DNA of 64,000 nt from Octopus vulgaris (taxonomy: Eukaryota). The notes beneath the pieces are model-generated. The model had not been told where the DNA came from, searched no databases, and saw only the letters and a program-made list of their open reading frames with translations. This document shows, one piece after another, positions 1-13,672 of this stretch. The translations under genes and the position numbers were made by a program. Numbering within the stretch: position 1 is the first letter of the stretch; each line of letters starts with the position of its first letter. The DNA is taken from the NCBI GenBank assembly GCA_951406725.2, contig OX597835.1:22010001-22074000 (forward strand), written 5' to 3'.

Positions 1-787
1 ATTATAGTTGTTCTAAAGAGAGAGGTAGCTACCTGGAAAGTTCATATTCTAATATTGCATACAAAAGAAAGGAGAATCTAAGTAATCCTTCATAGGTTCT
101 TCATAGATAGGTAGATATCCAGGGAGTTCATATTCTAACCTCCATAAATAAGTGAAAAGGGAATAAGAACAGTCCTTTACATCTATTTCTGGAGTCTGGC
201 AATTAGTAAATGCAGTGTTTTATCTTGTATTTTTTTCTGTTTTTACAGTCATTAGACTGTGGCCATGCTGGGGCATGACCTTGAAGAATCTTAGTTGGAT
301 GAAATGATTCCAGTGCTAATTTTTTTAAAGCCTGGTATTCATTATATTGACCTGTTTTTTGCCAAGTCACTAAGTTACGGGGATGTAAACACACCAACAC
401 TGGTTGTCGTCGGTGGAGGGGACAAACACAAATACAAAGATACATGCACACACACACATAGATGAGTCTTCTTTCAGTTTCTGTCTACCACACACACACA
501 GATGACAGTCTTCTTTCAGTTTCCATGTACCACACACACACACACACACGCATATATTATGGAGTCTCCTGTCTTTAAACGATGGGTGGTCAAGGATCTG
601 CAACTTCTGGCTGAACAATCAGCACAAATGATTTGCTTATGATGGTCAAACCTATGTGCTGTACATCAGCTCACTCCCTTTAAATGCTGAGAGATCAATA
701 CTCTTTTGGTACAGGCATAGATGTGTGATTAAGGAGTTCACAATGATTCAATTTCATGTCAATACAACTGTGCTACAATTATCACAA

Positions 788-1085
788 TCTCAGGTCCACT
801 CGAATTTGGGTAAATGTTTTCCTACAATGACCTGAGATTGACCCAAACTTGGGCAGATGTCTTCCTACCACAGCCTCAGGTTGGCCTAAACTCGGGCATA
901 AGTTTTCTCACCACAACTTCAAGTCGATCCAAACTTGGGCTAATGTCTCACAACCACGGTCTTAGGTCGACTCAAACTCAGGTAAATGTTTTCCCACTAC
1001 AACCTCAGGTTGCCTCAAACTTGGGCAAATGTCTTCTTACCACACACAGTCTCAGGTTGAGCTAAACTTTGAGTGAAACTGAGCA
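788..1085 (+). repeat. Degenerate ~43-bp minisatellite, about 7 units, embedded in a decayed SINE
   Basis: Recurring CTCAGGTTGnnnnAAACTTGGGCAAATGTCTTCnTACCACA, related to the SINE segment TTGGGCAAGTGTCTTCTACTATAGCCTC. Confidence 0.7.
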
Positions 1086-2318
1086 AATGGAAACTATGAA
1101 GAAGCCTGTTGGCTGGACTTTACCTGTTATTGTGTGATAACAGAGGAATATGGCTAAAAAGACTCCCTTCAGTCACAAATGACCATGGGATTGCACCTAG
1201 AAAGTTCCCCTCCAAGGTGCAAGTCCAGGCAAAGTTGTTTTGTGAAAGACCAGCAGTCACCCATGCATACCAGCCTCCCTTCTCCACATCACTGATGTTA
1301 TCCAAGGGAAAGGCAAAAGCTGATACAGCTTGGCACCAGTGATGCCACAACACATTTCTACAGCTGAGTGAACTGGAGCAACATGAAATATAAAGTCTTG
1401 CTCAAGACCACAACACACACAGTCCAGTCCAGGAATCAAACTCACAACCTCACTATTGTAAGCCCAACACTCAAACCAATGAGCCATGTGACTTCACTCA
1501 ACAGAGGAGTATGGCAGCACTGTATTATTATTATTATTATTAACTGCAGACTAGTTAAGAGGGTCACAGTAGCTCTGTATTATTAGCTACATGTTACTTA
1601 AGAGGGCTTTGGTAGCCTTGTATTAGATCCATCCCTCTTTTCTGCCCACTGTTCTTGGGAGGTTGTAGGGGCAGAGACCTCAGGCATCTCTTCCATTGGG
1701 TCCTCTCAGAAGCACCTCTTCCACTGGGTCCTCTTCCATTGGGTCCTCTCAGAAGCAACCTTCATTACACTTTCTGGCTGGATTACCAAGCATGACCAAT
1801 GGAAACTATTAATATTATCCAACCATCGGAAGGTGGCAAGGTGGCAGAATCGTTAGCACGCTGGATGAAATGCTTAGCAATATTTCACCTGTTGCTATGT
1901 TCTGAGTTCAAATCCTGCTGACATCATCTTTGCCTTTCTCTCTTATGGGATCGATAAATTAAGGACCAGTGAAACACTGGAGTCAATGTAATCAACTAGT
2001 CCCCTTCTCCCAAATTTCAGGCCTTGTGCCTTTAGTAGAAAGGACAATATCCAACCATCTCATTCTTGGTCAACCGCCAAGGTCTCCTGTTGGATGGCTT
2101 GACTTGAAAAATCTGTCCTGTGATTCTCCCCTGTGACATTCTAATCACATCATGTAGTGCCAAAGCTGTGAGTTCTCAATGTGGACAAGTAGTGGCTTGG
2201 CCAGGAGAGACTTGCTCAAAGTGTTGCAAAATTTAAATGAATACAATAGCCATTGAGTATTTGTAACAAAATCAGAAAGTTGTAAAAGCTTGGGAAAAAC
2301 AAAAGTGAAAGTTAAGGA

Positions 2319-2495
2319 AGCAGGAGTGGCTGTGTGGTAAGTAGCTTGTTTACCAACCACATGGTTCTGGGTTCAGTCCCACTACGTGGCACCTTGGGCA
2401 AGTGTCTTCTAATATAGCCTCAGGCCAATCAAAGTCTTGTGAGTGGATTTGGTAGACGGAAACTGAAAGAAGCCCGTCGTATATATGTATGTATG

Positions 2496-2532
<37 letters not shown>

Positions 2533-2750
2533 ATTTGTGTGTCTGTGTTTGTCCCCCTAGCATTGCTTGACAACCGATGCTGGTGTGTTCATATCCCCGT
2601 CACTTAGCGGTTTGGCAAAAAGAGACCGATAGAATAAGTACTGGGCTTACAAAGAATAAGTCCTGGGGTCGAGTTGCTCGATTAAAGGCGGTGCTCCAGC
2701 ATGGCCGCAGTCAAATGACTGAAACAAGTAAAAGAGTAAGAGTAAAAGAG
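2319..2750 (+). mobile_element. tRNA-derived SINE family A (internal microsatellite); other copies at ~9335-9797(-), 10769-11175, 11349-11718(-), 14970-15370(-), 47712-48115, 49965-50420(-), 60141-60545, 63629-63955
   Basis: Head GCAGGAGTGGCTGTGTGGTAAG..GGGTTCAGTCCC with A/B-box-like motifs; shared body and AAACAAGTAAAAGA tail. Confidence 0.85.
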
Positions 2751-3364
2751 AAGCTATTACCTCTGCTGGCAACAAAGAAATTCACTTTCTGAGTGTGGAG
2801 GCGTGTGGCTTAGTGGTTAGGGTGTCAGACTCATGATCGTAAGATTTTGATTTCAATTCCTGGACTAGGCGGCATGTGTTCTTGAGCAAAACATTTCATT
2901 TCACATTACTCCAGTCCACTCTGCTGGCAGAAATGAGTAATCCTGTGACGGGTCGGCGTCCCACCCAGGTGGGGAATATGTACACCATGAAACCAGGGAA
3001 CTGGCCATTATGTGTCAGTATGACTCGGAAAGGAGCTTTATCCTTTTATACATTCTGAATGAAGGGGGCAGATTGTATGATGCTTGTGTATGAAACACAA
3101 TGTTGCATGGTAGTGAAACATGGGCTTTGCTTGCAGAGAGTATGGGAGAGTTGAAGAGAAATGAAGCACGGCTCTGCTGGATGAGTGAGGTTACTGTGCA
3201 TGAATAACGGATTACAAATGAGCACAGAGGGAGAGAGAGAGAAAGAGGGTAAAAGAGGAACCAGATGAAGTGGACAAAGGAGATGACTGCACTGAGACAG
3301 ATAAATGATGCAGACATACAGAGAATGTGTCAGTTGTATAAAGAAGTACCAAGCAATTGAAGTA

Positions 3365-3766
3365 GATGGCTCAGAAACCTGGATGTTATCAAAGAAGCTT
3401 GAGAGGTGGTTGGATGGAACCTACACTCGCCTCCATATGAGAGCTCAAAATCTCTCGTGGAAGCATCATCCAACCAAAATGCAAATATATGGGAAACTAC
3501 TACCTGTGTCATCTCTTGTGAAAGGTAGAAGAGTCCAGTTTGCTGGACATTGTTGTAGAGCTGAAAACGAGGCAATTTCTACTCTTCTCCTCTGGAAGCC
3601 ATCTACTCCCGATACCAGAGGGCGCACGCTCTCCTACCCTGATGTAATCTCCAGGGATACAGGCATCCAGCAGCAGGACCTCCGTAATGCTATGATGGAC
3701 CGTGAAGTCTGGCGTAGCATGGTAAATTCCATTGTCTCGACCACGGTCGAACAATGATGATGATGA
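3365..3766 (+). mobile_element. 5'-truncated LINE 3' end (RTE-like) with a (TGA)n tail
   Basis: GSETWMLSKKLERWLDGTYTRLHMRAQNLSWK...QFAGHC...AMMDREVWRSMV is typical of the post-RT C-terminus of RTE-group LINEs. Confidence 0.75.
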
Positions 3767-4419
3767 GATGGAACCTGTGGTAAGTGGAAACTTGCTAAAG
3801 GGCAAACAAGTGTTTCGGCTAGTTTAGTTCCTGACACTCTCAGGGAGTCAGGCTCAACTAAGTAGTGACTCCTAGGCATACTCCAGCTGTTATTAAACCC
3901 TTTAGCATTTAAACTGGCCTGATTGTTCTGCCAGGTATATGTTCAAACTGGCCAGACCTGGTCTCTCACACCTACCCTAAAACGTCATTCTAAAAACAAA
4001 GAACCTCATCATCAAATCTCAAAGCTATGAGATAATGCATAATCAATTCAAAATAATCCTTTCTTTTCTTTTCTACTAAAGGCACAAGGCCTGAAATCCA
4101 GAGAGAGGGGACTAATTGATTACATTGGCCCCAGTGTTTCACTGGTACTTAATTTATCAACCCCGAAAGAATGAAAGGCAAAGCTGACCTCGGCAGAATT
4201 TGAACTCAGAACATACTGACGAGCAAAATACTGCTAAGCATTTCGTCTGGCATGCTAACGATTCTGTCAGCTCACCACCCTATAATCAACGCCACACTTT
4301 GCGGGAATTAAATTCAGAACCTTTGGGTTAGCTTATTGCTGACCCACAAAGACCACGGCACAAACTGGGCTTCTTTCCTCCTATGTTTAGTAACTGACTG
4401 TATTCCTTTTCAATTGCAT

Positions 4420-4650
4420 CTATCATTTTTTTCCCCAGCCATAACCACATTGAGGACTTCTCAGCTGTCTCTGGCAGGCGTTTCATCGTAGCTGTTCTTT
4501 TGTGACCCTTGACTCCGTGATGACCTAGTAGTTGGCACATGGATGCTACAACACAGGATGAAGACTGACCTCAAGAGAATGACCATCGAAAAGACCCATG
4601 AATGGTGGTGAAGTACATGGGGCAGGAAAAGACCCACCCACAAGCATAGC
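4420..4650 (-). mobile_element. Possible decayed 3' end of an RLE-type (Hero/NeSL-like) non-LTR element
   Basis: LLGHHGVKG..TATMKRLPETAEKSSMWLWL resembles the C-terminal 'AE.SS.WLW' motif of such elements (recalled, weak). Confidence 0.35.
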
Positions 4651-5312
4651 AAAAGGGCCAGTGAATGATGGAGGTTGAGATTATCACCATCATTAACATC
4701 CATTTTCCATGCTGGCACAGGCTGGATCATTTGAGAGGATCTGGCAAGCTACGGGGCTGTGTCATTCCTCAGTATTTATTTGGGGTCATTTGCTCATTGT
4801 ATTTCTGCTATATCTCCATCTACTGCCCACGCTGCTATTCCCAATACTTTGCTTCCTGCATAACGACAGATGGCATTTGAGCTGTCAGCATCCAGTCCCT
4901 TCCATCACAAACCCTGTATAGCAAGGGACAGCATCAGAAGATCTGTCCATATTTAGTCCCCCTTACCATCACCGTTTGTTTCTGCTGACCATCCATCACT
5001 TCTCTGATTCTTTCTCTCGCATCACTTCTCATAGATATACACGTCTCTATTGCAATCCCATCAGGCCCACCCATGTTGTTTATTTCTCTATTCAATCCCC
5101 TTAGTAACAGAGCCAAGCAGGGCTGTGGAGTCGAAACAAAAACCTTCGACTCTGACTCCTCTACTATTGGCACTTCCGACGCTGACTCCTCTTTATGTAA
5201 TTAAGTGATTGTGGTCTACATACCTCATAAAGCATATCCATACGCTTGTACTAACCGGTTTATATTAAAGAATAAAGATCTTGTGAATAGGAGTCAGTAT
5301 AGTTTTACTAAC

Positions 5313-5725
5313 TAGAAAGGGTATGGCCTGGTCAGCCTGTAATGACATGCATAAGATCTGGTCATCAAATCTAAGTAGAGACTTCAAACTTGAAATCTTC
5401 AAAGCCACAGTCGAACCAATTCTACAATATGGCTCAGAAACCTGGACGTTATCAAAGAAGCTTGAGAGGCGGTTGGATGGAACCTACACTCTCCTCCTTA
5501 TGAGAGCTCAAAATCTCTCGTGGAAGCGTCATCCAACCAAAATGAGGCAATTTCTACTCTTCTCCTCTGGAAGCCATCTACTCGCAATACCAGAGGTCGC
5601 ACACTCTCCTACCCTGATGTAATCTCCAGGGATACAGGCATCCAGCAACAGGACCTCCGTAATGCCATGATGGACCGTGAAGTCTGGCGTAGCATGGTAA
5701 ATTCCATTGTCTCGACCACGGTCAA
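5313..5725 (+). mobile_element. Second copy of the same LINE family with an internal ~87-bp deletion
   Basis: AWSACNDMHKIWSS..FKATVEPILQYGSETWTLSKKLERRLDG is near-identical to 3365-3757 but joins CCAAAAT directly to GAGGCAA. Confidence 0.78.
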
Positions 5726-6615
5726 ACTGACTCTGACTCCAGCTACCCCTTAATTGTTTCCGACCCCAAAGCCCTGCAGTAAACACAGTTTCTTTTCTAT
5801 TACTTCCTTCTCTACCATCCTCTCACTTCTATCCCTTTGTTTACTCCATCACATTAATATTCTCTCTCTCTCTCTCTCTCTTCTATTCACCTCCTCTGTC
5901 ATAGTTACCTCGACCACACAGAGACAAGAAATAGGGATTTGACTTTTTAAGTGTTGCAGGGCATTTGGCCATCCAAACCCATGCTGGCATGAAAAAAACA
6001 GACGTGAAGACAGCTATCCCTGTCCCTCTACCATACACCAACCTCTTGTCTGACACACAGACACTTTTCCAGTTCGTCTCCCTCTCTCAGCTGAGATGTC
6101 TTTGTCTTGCAAGCTACTTAGTAACCCTACAAATGCTGGTACCACATAAAAAGCACCAGTGCTGGTACCACATACAAAGCACCCAGTACACTCTGTAAAG
6201 TGGTTGGCATTAGGGAGAGCATCCAACTGTAGAAACCATGCCGAAACAGTTAACTGGTGCCTGGTGCACCCCTCCGCTTTGCCAGATCCTGTCAAGCTAT
6301 CCAATCCAAGTTTGCATGGAAAACGGACGTTAAATGATGATGATGATGATGATAAAACTCGAAATTATACACACACACACACACAGACACAGAAGTGGGG
6401 GAAATAAATAGCTGTGTAAACACCTCACCATGTCCCTTTGTATGGACACATAGTAATGCTCGTGGTGAGGCGGTGGGAGGCAAGGCAAATAAGAGTAATA
6501 ACTGCTTTTTTTTTTATATATTTGCCACAAGGGCAGTGGCTGAGGGGTACATTACAACAACAACAACAACAATGTAAATAAAAATAATAAAGAAAAATAT
6601 TTCAGAATCCCTCAC

Positions 6616-6999
6616 CTTTCCGGTTAGTTTGTTTCCTTCATCATCCATAGCAGTTTTCAGCGCCACTCCTGCAGCAATCCCAACTTCGGCTATTAAATTG
6701 TGGCCACAAGCGTGGCCGATATCGGGCAGGGCATCGTATTCGCACATAATGGCAATGTGTGGGCCGTTCTCTGACCCAGCTGTTTCGAATGTCGCCCGAA
6801 ACGCAGTCGGAAGGATGTACTTTCTTTCAACTGTTAGGCCGTAGTTTTCGAGAAAATTCGTCAGTATGTCGTGGGCTTTGTATTCTTTGAATCCCAGTTC
6901 GGGGTTTGTCCATATTTCTTTGCTAATGTCGGAAAGTTCTTGGGCAAAAATTTCGTTAGTGAATACATCGTGTACAATGGATTTAACATCAACATCCAT
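6616..6999 (-). CDS. PM20D2: First coding exon of a peptidase M20 domain-containing protein 2-like amidohydrolase; remaining exons lie left of the window
   Basis: Translation MDVDVK...IWTNPELGFKEYKAHDILT...EYDALPDIGHACGHNLIAEVG carries the M20D/ACY1L2 motifs PELxxxE and EYDALP..GHACGHN. A phase-0 donor AAG|GTGAGG at 6616/6615 follows 128 codons. No further exons were recognised in 1-6615. Confidence 0.88.
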
Positions 7000-7052
7000 A
7001 ATTGATGTTTTTTAAATATAATATATTATATATATATATATAATATATTTAT

Positions 7053-7150
7053 ATATTTGAAGAACTAAGTTTTAGATCTATATATATATATATATACAGA
7101 GATGTTTATATATATAAGTATATTAAGATGTATGTTCCAAAGCCTTTTAA

Positions 7151-7192
<42 letters not shown>

Positions 7193-7295
7193 TTGAAGAC
7201 CTAAGTTTCAGATCTATATATATATATATATACAGAGATGTTTATATATATAAGTATATTAAGATGTATGTTTCAAAGTCTTTTAAAGATATATA
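7053..7295. repeat. Tandem duplication (period ~136 bp) just upstream of the PM20D2 start codon
   Basis: TTTGAAGA.CTAAGTTT.AGATCTA(TA)nCAGAGATGTTTATATATATAAGTATATTAAGATGTATGTT..AAAG.CTTTTAAAGAT occurs twice. Confidence 0.8.
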
Positions 7296-9601
7296 TTTAT
7301 ATATAGATATATATTTTATATGTGGGTGTGTATATGGAAATGAATGTTTATGTTCTTTATGTCAGAATTTTGTTGTACGAGTATGTGTGGATTTATGTAT
7401 TATATAAAAGATCTGTACTTCAAATATCTGTTTTTTCTGTGCATCGGTTTGCATATAGTATGATTAATTTAAACTCGTATATTATTCATCTATGCAGATA
7501 ACAGACCACTTTCTGTCCATGAATATATATATGTGGGTATATATGCAATTACATGTGTCATTCAAGCTGTGTGTCTATTTATACACACATACATGTATAT
7601 ATATACATATAATGTTTGTATAGCAAAATTACATGTATCTGTGTAAGTATATACACACATATATATATATATACGTAGGGATAGTTGTGTTGTTTTAATC
7701 CTCTTTCTGACTGGATATTTCAGAATTAAATCCACAAACAAATGAAGTAATTGGTCTTTGGTTTACAAATAAGGATTAAAATAGTAATCAAACATAAATT
7801 AAATTCGAAAAGGGCAGGATTGATAGTAAAAACAAATGGGGGTGTGTGATGCGTAAACTAAAGAACATAAATGATTAAATAAATCAAATAAAATATAAAG
7901 TGTGGTGATTATAAGTGGGTACAGCTGTACCTACCGTCCTCTCTCATTTGTACCTTGAACAGGTTTCGAATTCCATAAATGACGGTTATTATTATTGTTG
8001 GTATTTCTGTTCGTTTGTTTATTTGGTTGGTTTGTTGGTTGGTTGTCTTTTACTGAGACGTTTCTTTTAACGATCGAAGTAGACGTAGAGTTGTGGTGTT
8101 CATGCCACGCCTCGCCTCGGCCCTGGGGGTGGTTTTTTTGGTAACAGCAAAAGTAAAAGTGAAGTGGAGCGGTTCCAACCGGGAGAAGAGGAGAGGAGAG
8201 GAGTAAGAGGTTAGTCACTCATCCAGAAAACTGGTTGATTAGTATTTCTATGAAAGACACGGAAATTTTAAGAAGATCAAATTTGAAGTGATGACATTCA
8301 TGCCTTTCCTCCACAAGACGAATTTAAATGAAATCGAAGCGAAATAGGGGGAGAAAAAATCCACGACGGTTGTTTTATCGAGTATTTCTTTTAAATACAA
8401 TATATAAACATTGGGGGGGGGGGTCGTTTAACACAAAGAAGGACTTTAAACCGAAGGAGTGTATATTAAAGATACTCAACTGAACATCCTCAGTCTGTTT
8501 ATGCGGGAGTATTTTAAAGATACTCAACTGTATAGAAATAAATAAATATATACATATATATATATATATATGTGTCTTTTTTGGAAGAATATATTGATAT
8601 ATATATATATTGTTGAAGTTCCTTAACTGAACATGGTCAGTCTTTGAGGTCTTCAGGAGAAGCAGAAGAAGACCAAACTCTGCGTTTATTCAATACTGGA
8701 ATCAAAGACAGAGCGAGAGCTTTTGAAAAAAAAAAAAAAGCCAAAACGACACAAGGATTCGTTCGTTATGACTTTGAATACATTGCGATCCTTTTTGGCA
8801 GTTTAATGCTTTACTGTTGTTTTTGTTGTTGTTGTTTTTTCTTAACCAAATTCTGTTTATTAAACTCACCCCAAACCTGACACAATAGCAGCAAATGCGG
8901 TGAAAAGCAACGGTGCTTGTTAAATATTGTATCTGCTGTTAATTAGGGTACAACAGTTCTTGAGATATACAAAAAAAAAAAAAATACCAAAACCATACGC
9001 ATCTCTCCTATTATATAATTCCGTTCACTTTGCCTTTCATCCTTTCGGGGTCGATAAATAAAAGTACCAGTTTCGCACTGGGGTCGATGTAATCGACTTA
9101 GTCCCTTTGTCTGTCCTTGTTTGTCATCTCTATGTTTAGCCCCTTGTGGGCAATAAAGAAATATATATAATCCCATTCACAGTAAGGGTTCATTGTGTAT
9201 ATGTATATATATATATGTGTGTTTGTGTGTTTGTCACACACCCTCCTCAACATCGCTTGACAAACTGGTGTTGGTTTATTTACGTTCCCATTACTTGGCA
9301 GTTTGGCAGGGTGATAGAATAAGTACTCTCTCTCTCTTTACTCTTTTACTCTTTTACTTGTTTCAGTCACTTGACTGCGGCCATGCTGGAGCACCGCCTT
9401 TTTTTAATCTAGCAACTCGACCCCGGGGCTTATTCTTTTGTAAGCTCAGTACTTATTCTATCGGTCTCTTTTGCCGAACCGCTAAGTAACGGGGACATAA
9501 ACACACCAGCATCGGTTGTCAAGCAATGCTAGGGGGACAAACACAGACACACAAACATACACGCACATACATATATATATATACATATATCTATCTATCT
9601 A

Positions 9602-9641
<40 letters not shown>

Positions 9642-10330
9642 TACGACGGGCTTCTTTTCAGTTTCCGTCTACCAATTCCACTCACAAGGCTTTGGTCAGC
9701 CTGAGGCTATAGTAGAAGACACTTGCCCAAGGTGCCATGCAGTGGAACTAAACCCGGAACCATGTGGTTGGTAAACTAGCTACTTACCACACAGTCACTT
9801 AAAAAAAAAAAAAAAAAAAAGGAAAGAAGTTCTGGGGGCAATTCTTTTTTACTGAAACCTTGTAAGTTAATACCCCAGCAAGACCGCAGTCCAATGACTG
9901 AAACAAGTAAAAGATAAGACATATAACTCTTTGTAACCTAATTTTTACTAAATCTATCCATTCATTTCTTCCTCGGCAGATTGTTAAAGTAGAATCAACA
10001 GACACCTCCTCCAGAGAATCCTGTCGGAAGCAACCATTATTAGACTTTCTGGTTGGGTTGAAACCATATATATATATATATATATATATATATCTTTTTT
10101 TTTTTTTTACTACCCACAAGGGGCTAAACACAGAGAGGACAAACAAGCACAGACAAACGGATTAAGTCAATTAGATCGACCCCAGTGCGTAACTGGTACT
10201 TAATTTATCGACCCCGAAAGGATGAAAGGCAAAGTCAACCTCGGCGGAATTTGAACTCAGAACGTAATGGCAGACGAAATACGGCTACGCATTTCGCCCG
10301 ACGTGCTAACGATTCTGCCAGCTCACCACC

Positions 10331-10427
<97 letters not shown>

Positions 10428-10710
10428 TTTTCTTTAACACTTCCTTCAGATACAAACAGACACACGCGCACGTGCGCTCTTACTTTCTCCCCATTCCTCA
10501 CCCTCTTGTACTATCTTATATCTCTCTCCACCCCTACACACTCAATAATACTATAAAAAGAGACAAAATTCCTGCAAAACTTCAATTTGACAACTCCACT
10601 AGAGTGGACGAAAGCGCTAATATATATGATATATGATTTATAAAAGCATGTAACATACTAATAAATATCTGTAAATATAAAACCATCCACATTTCTGAGT
10701 ACCTCATTTC

Positions 10711-10764
<54 letters not shown>

Positions 10765-12039
10765 TATAGGCGTAGGAGTGGCTGTGTGATGAGTAGCTTG
10801 CTCACCAACCACATGCGTGGCACCTTGGGCAAGTGTCTTCTACTATAGCCTCGGGCTGACCAAAGCCTTGTGAGTGGATTTGGTAGACGGAAATTGAAAG
10901 AAGCCCATCGTATATATATATATATATATATATGTATATGTATGTATGTGTGTGTATATGTTTGTGTGTCTGTGTTTGTCCTCTCAACATCGCTTGACAA
11001 ACCGATGCTGGTGTGTTTACGTCCCTGTAACTTAGCAGTTCGGCAAACGAGACCGATAGAATAAGTACTAGGCTTACAAAGAATAAGTCCTGGGGTTGAT
11101 TTGCTTGACTAAAGGCGGTGCTCCAGCATGGCCACAGTCAATTGACTGAAACCAGTAAAAGAGTAAAGAGAGTAAATATATATATATATATATATATGTA
11201 TGGAATTTAATGTAAAAAAAATGGTGTACGCTCATTCTGACACATAATATGTAAATATATCTACAAAATGAAACTTGAAATTTTGAAAATTAGATGTGAG
11301 CGCCCAACAATTCCACCGCCACCCCATTAAATACTGATATGATCGGAAACTTGTTTCAGTCATTTGACTGTGGCCATGCCGGAGCACCACCTTAAAAAGT
11401 TGTTTAGTCGAAGCCAGGACTTATTCTTCATAGGCCAAATACTTCTCTCTTTTGCCAAACCTCTAAGTTACGGGGACGTAAACACACCAACATCGGTTGT
11501 CAAGTAATTATGAGGACATACATAGGTACAAAGACGCACAAACATACATCTAATACGATAGGCTTTCTGTTTCCGCTGACAAATCCACTGGCAAGGCTTT
11601 GGTCTGCCTGAGGCTATAGTTGAAGACACTTGTCCAAGGTGCCACGCAGTGGGACTGAACCCAGAACCATGTGGTTGGGAAGCAAGATTCTTAGGCGCAG
11701 GTAGCCACACCTGTGCCTATCTATTTATCTGAAAGTTATGAGGAAACCAAATCAACTCGTTTGAACCAGTATATAAGGTAAGTAGAAGATAGATAAAGAG
11801 GAAAGGGAAAAGAGAAGAGATGGTTCAGAAAAAGAAGGAAAGAAAGGAAGAAACAGAAAGAGTAGAGGAGGAGAGGCATTCTGTAGGAGAAATGGCAGAG
11901 GATGGCCAGAGTTAAGGAAAAGAGAGTCATAAAACCACTAGTGTTTGTATTTGGGCCATTGCAGACGAAAATATTTGCATAGTTTGCAGGTCAAGTACTC
12001 TCTAGACCCGGCCTGGCCAACACAAATTACATTGCAGAC

Positions 12040-12850
12040 CGGTGCTAGTGGTGCTGGTGGAGCTAGTGGTGCAGGTGGTGTTGGTGGTGCTAGTGGTGCT
12101 GGTGGAGCTAGTGGTGCTGGTGGAGCTAGTGGTGCTGGTGGAGCTGGTGGTGTTGGTGGTGCAATGGTGCTGGAGGTGTAAGTGGTACTACTGTTGTTGG
12201 TAGTGCTAGTGGCACTGATGGTGCTAGTGGTGTTGGTGCTGGTGGTGCCGGTGGTGCTGGAGGTGTAAGTGGTGCTACTGTTGTTGGTAGTGCTAGTGGT
12301 ACTGATGGTGCTAGTGGTGTTGGTGTTGGTGGTGCCGGTGGTGCTAGTGGTGCTGGAGATGTAAGTGGTGCTACTGTTGTTGGTAGTGCTAGTGGTGTTG
12401 GTGTTGGTGGTGCTAGTGGTGTTAGTGGTGATTGTGGTACTAGTGTTTGTAGTGGTGTTCTTTGTGCTAGTGGTGCTTTCGGTGCAGGTGGTGTTAGTGG
12501 TGCTGGTGGAACTAGTATTGGTGGTGGTGCTAGTGGTGTTGGTGGTGCTAGTGGTGCTGGTGGTGCTAGCAGTGGGGGGGAAGTAGTGGTGCTTGTAGTG
12601 TTGGTGGAGCTAGTGGTGCTGTTGTTGCTAGTGGTGCCAGTGGTGCTGGAGGTATAAGTGGTGCTAGTGTTGTTGGTGGTACTGATGGTGCTAGTGGTGC
12701 TGGTGGAGCTAGTGGTGCAGGTGGTGTTGGTGGTGCAATGGTGCTGGAGGTGGAAGTGGTGCTAGTGGTACTGATGGTGCTGGTAGTGCTAGTAGCGGTG
12801 GGGGGGAGTAGTGGTGCTAATGGTGCTTGAAATTGTTGGTGGAGCTAGTA
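12040..12850. repeat. Degenerate GGT/GCT/AGT trinucleotide-based minisatellite
   Basis: Long run of GGTGCTAGT/GGTGCTGGT/GGTGTTGGT variants, with the higher-order block GGTGCTGGAGGTGTAAGTGG recurring. Confidence 0.9.
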
Positions 12851-13267
12851 TTGGTAACTTTCTAGGTGCAATCCTGTGGTCGGTCATGACCAAAGGGGGT
12901 CTCAGCATATATATACAACGGGCTTCTTTCTACCAAATCCACTCACAAGGCCCTGGTCAGCCCAGGGCTATAGTAGAAGTCACTTGCCCAAGGTACCATG
13001 CAGTGGGACTGAACCTGGAACCATGTGGTTGGGAAACATGCTTCTTACCACACAGCCACTCCTCTGTGTGTGTGTGTGTGCACATGAGTGTATCTTCATC
13101 ATCATCATCATTCTCAACATCATTTTATGTCCATTTTCTATGCAAATGTGAGTCTGGATGTGTACCTTGTTAGCCTTTGTTGATTAAAAGTGATCAGAAG
13201 GGTAAGATTTTTTTTATTTCTCAACACTCAAGGCATCATTTCCTTCTTCTTCTTCTTCTTCTTCTTC

Positions 13268-13303
<36 letters not shown>

Positions 13304-13308
<5 letters not shown>

Positions 13309-13672
13309 CCCCACCTTAGTGAAGGCGGAGGTATTGTTTTCAGTTGAATTTGTTTGTTTGTTTCTCTGTGGACAAGATATCTTAAGAACATCTCGATGGA
13401 TTCAGATGACACTTTCAGGGACATTTGGACTTGCAACTGGCACGGACTGATTAGATTTGGGGATCGATCTGGTACTAGACAAGGATTCTGGGTTATCTTT
13501 CCTGTTCTTTTATTTAATTTTTGAGAGCAGTTGGGTTCATTTTTAGTATTCTCGTTTGTGAAAGCAGTCAAGTTTATTTCAGATATTCTCATTTTAAAAC
13601 CATCTCTGGCTAATTGTTGGGAGGACATTGGTGTTACTTTGGTGGAGGCTTGCACTCTCTGTGTGCTCTTAT
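13304..13672 (+). mobile_element. Probable non-autonomous Helentron (DINE-1/HINE-like) element; an inverted relative lies at ~36323-36692
   Basis: 5' subterminal inverted repeat CCCCCACC..GGCGGAGG, internal (GTTT)n, 3' GGTGGAGG plus the short hairpin GCACTCTCTGTGTGC; both ends sit in (TTA)n. Confidence 0.5.
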
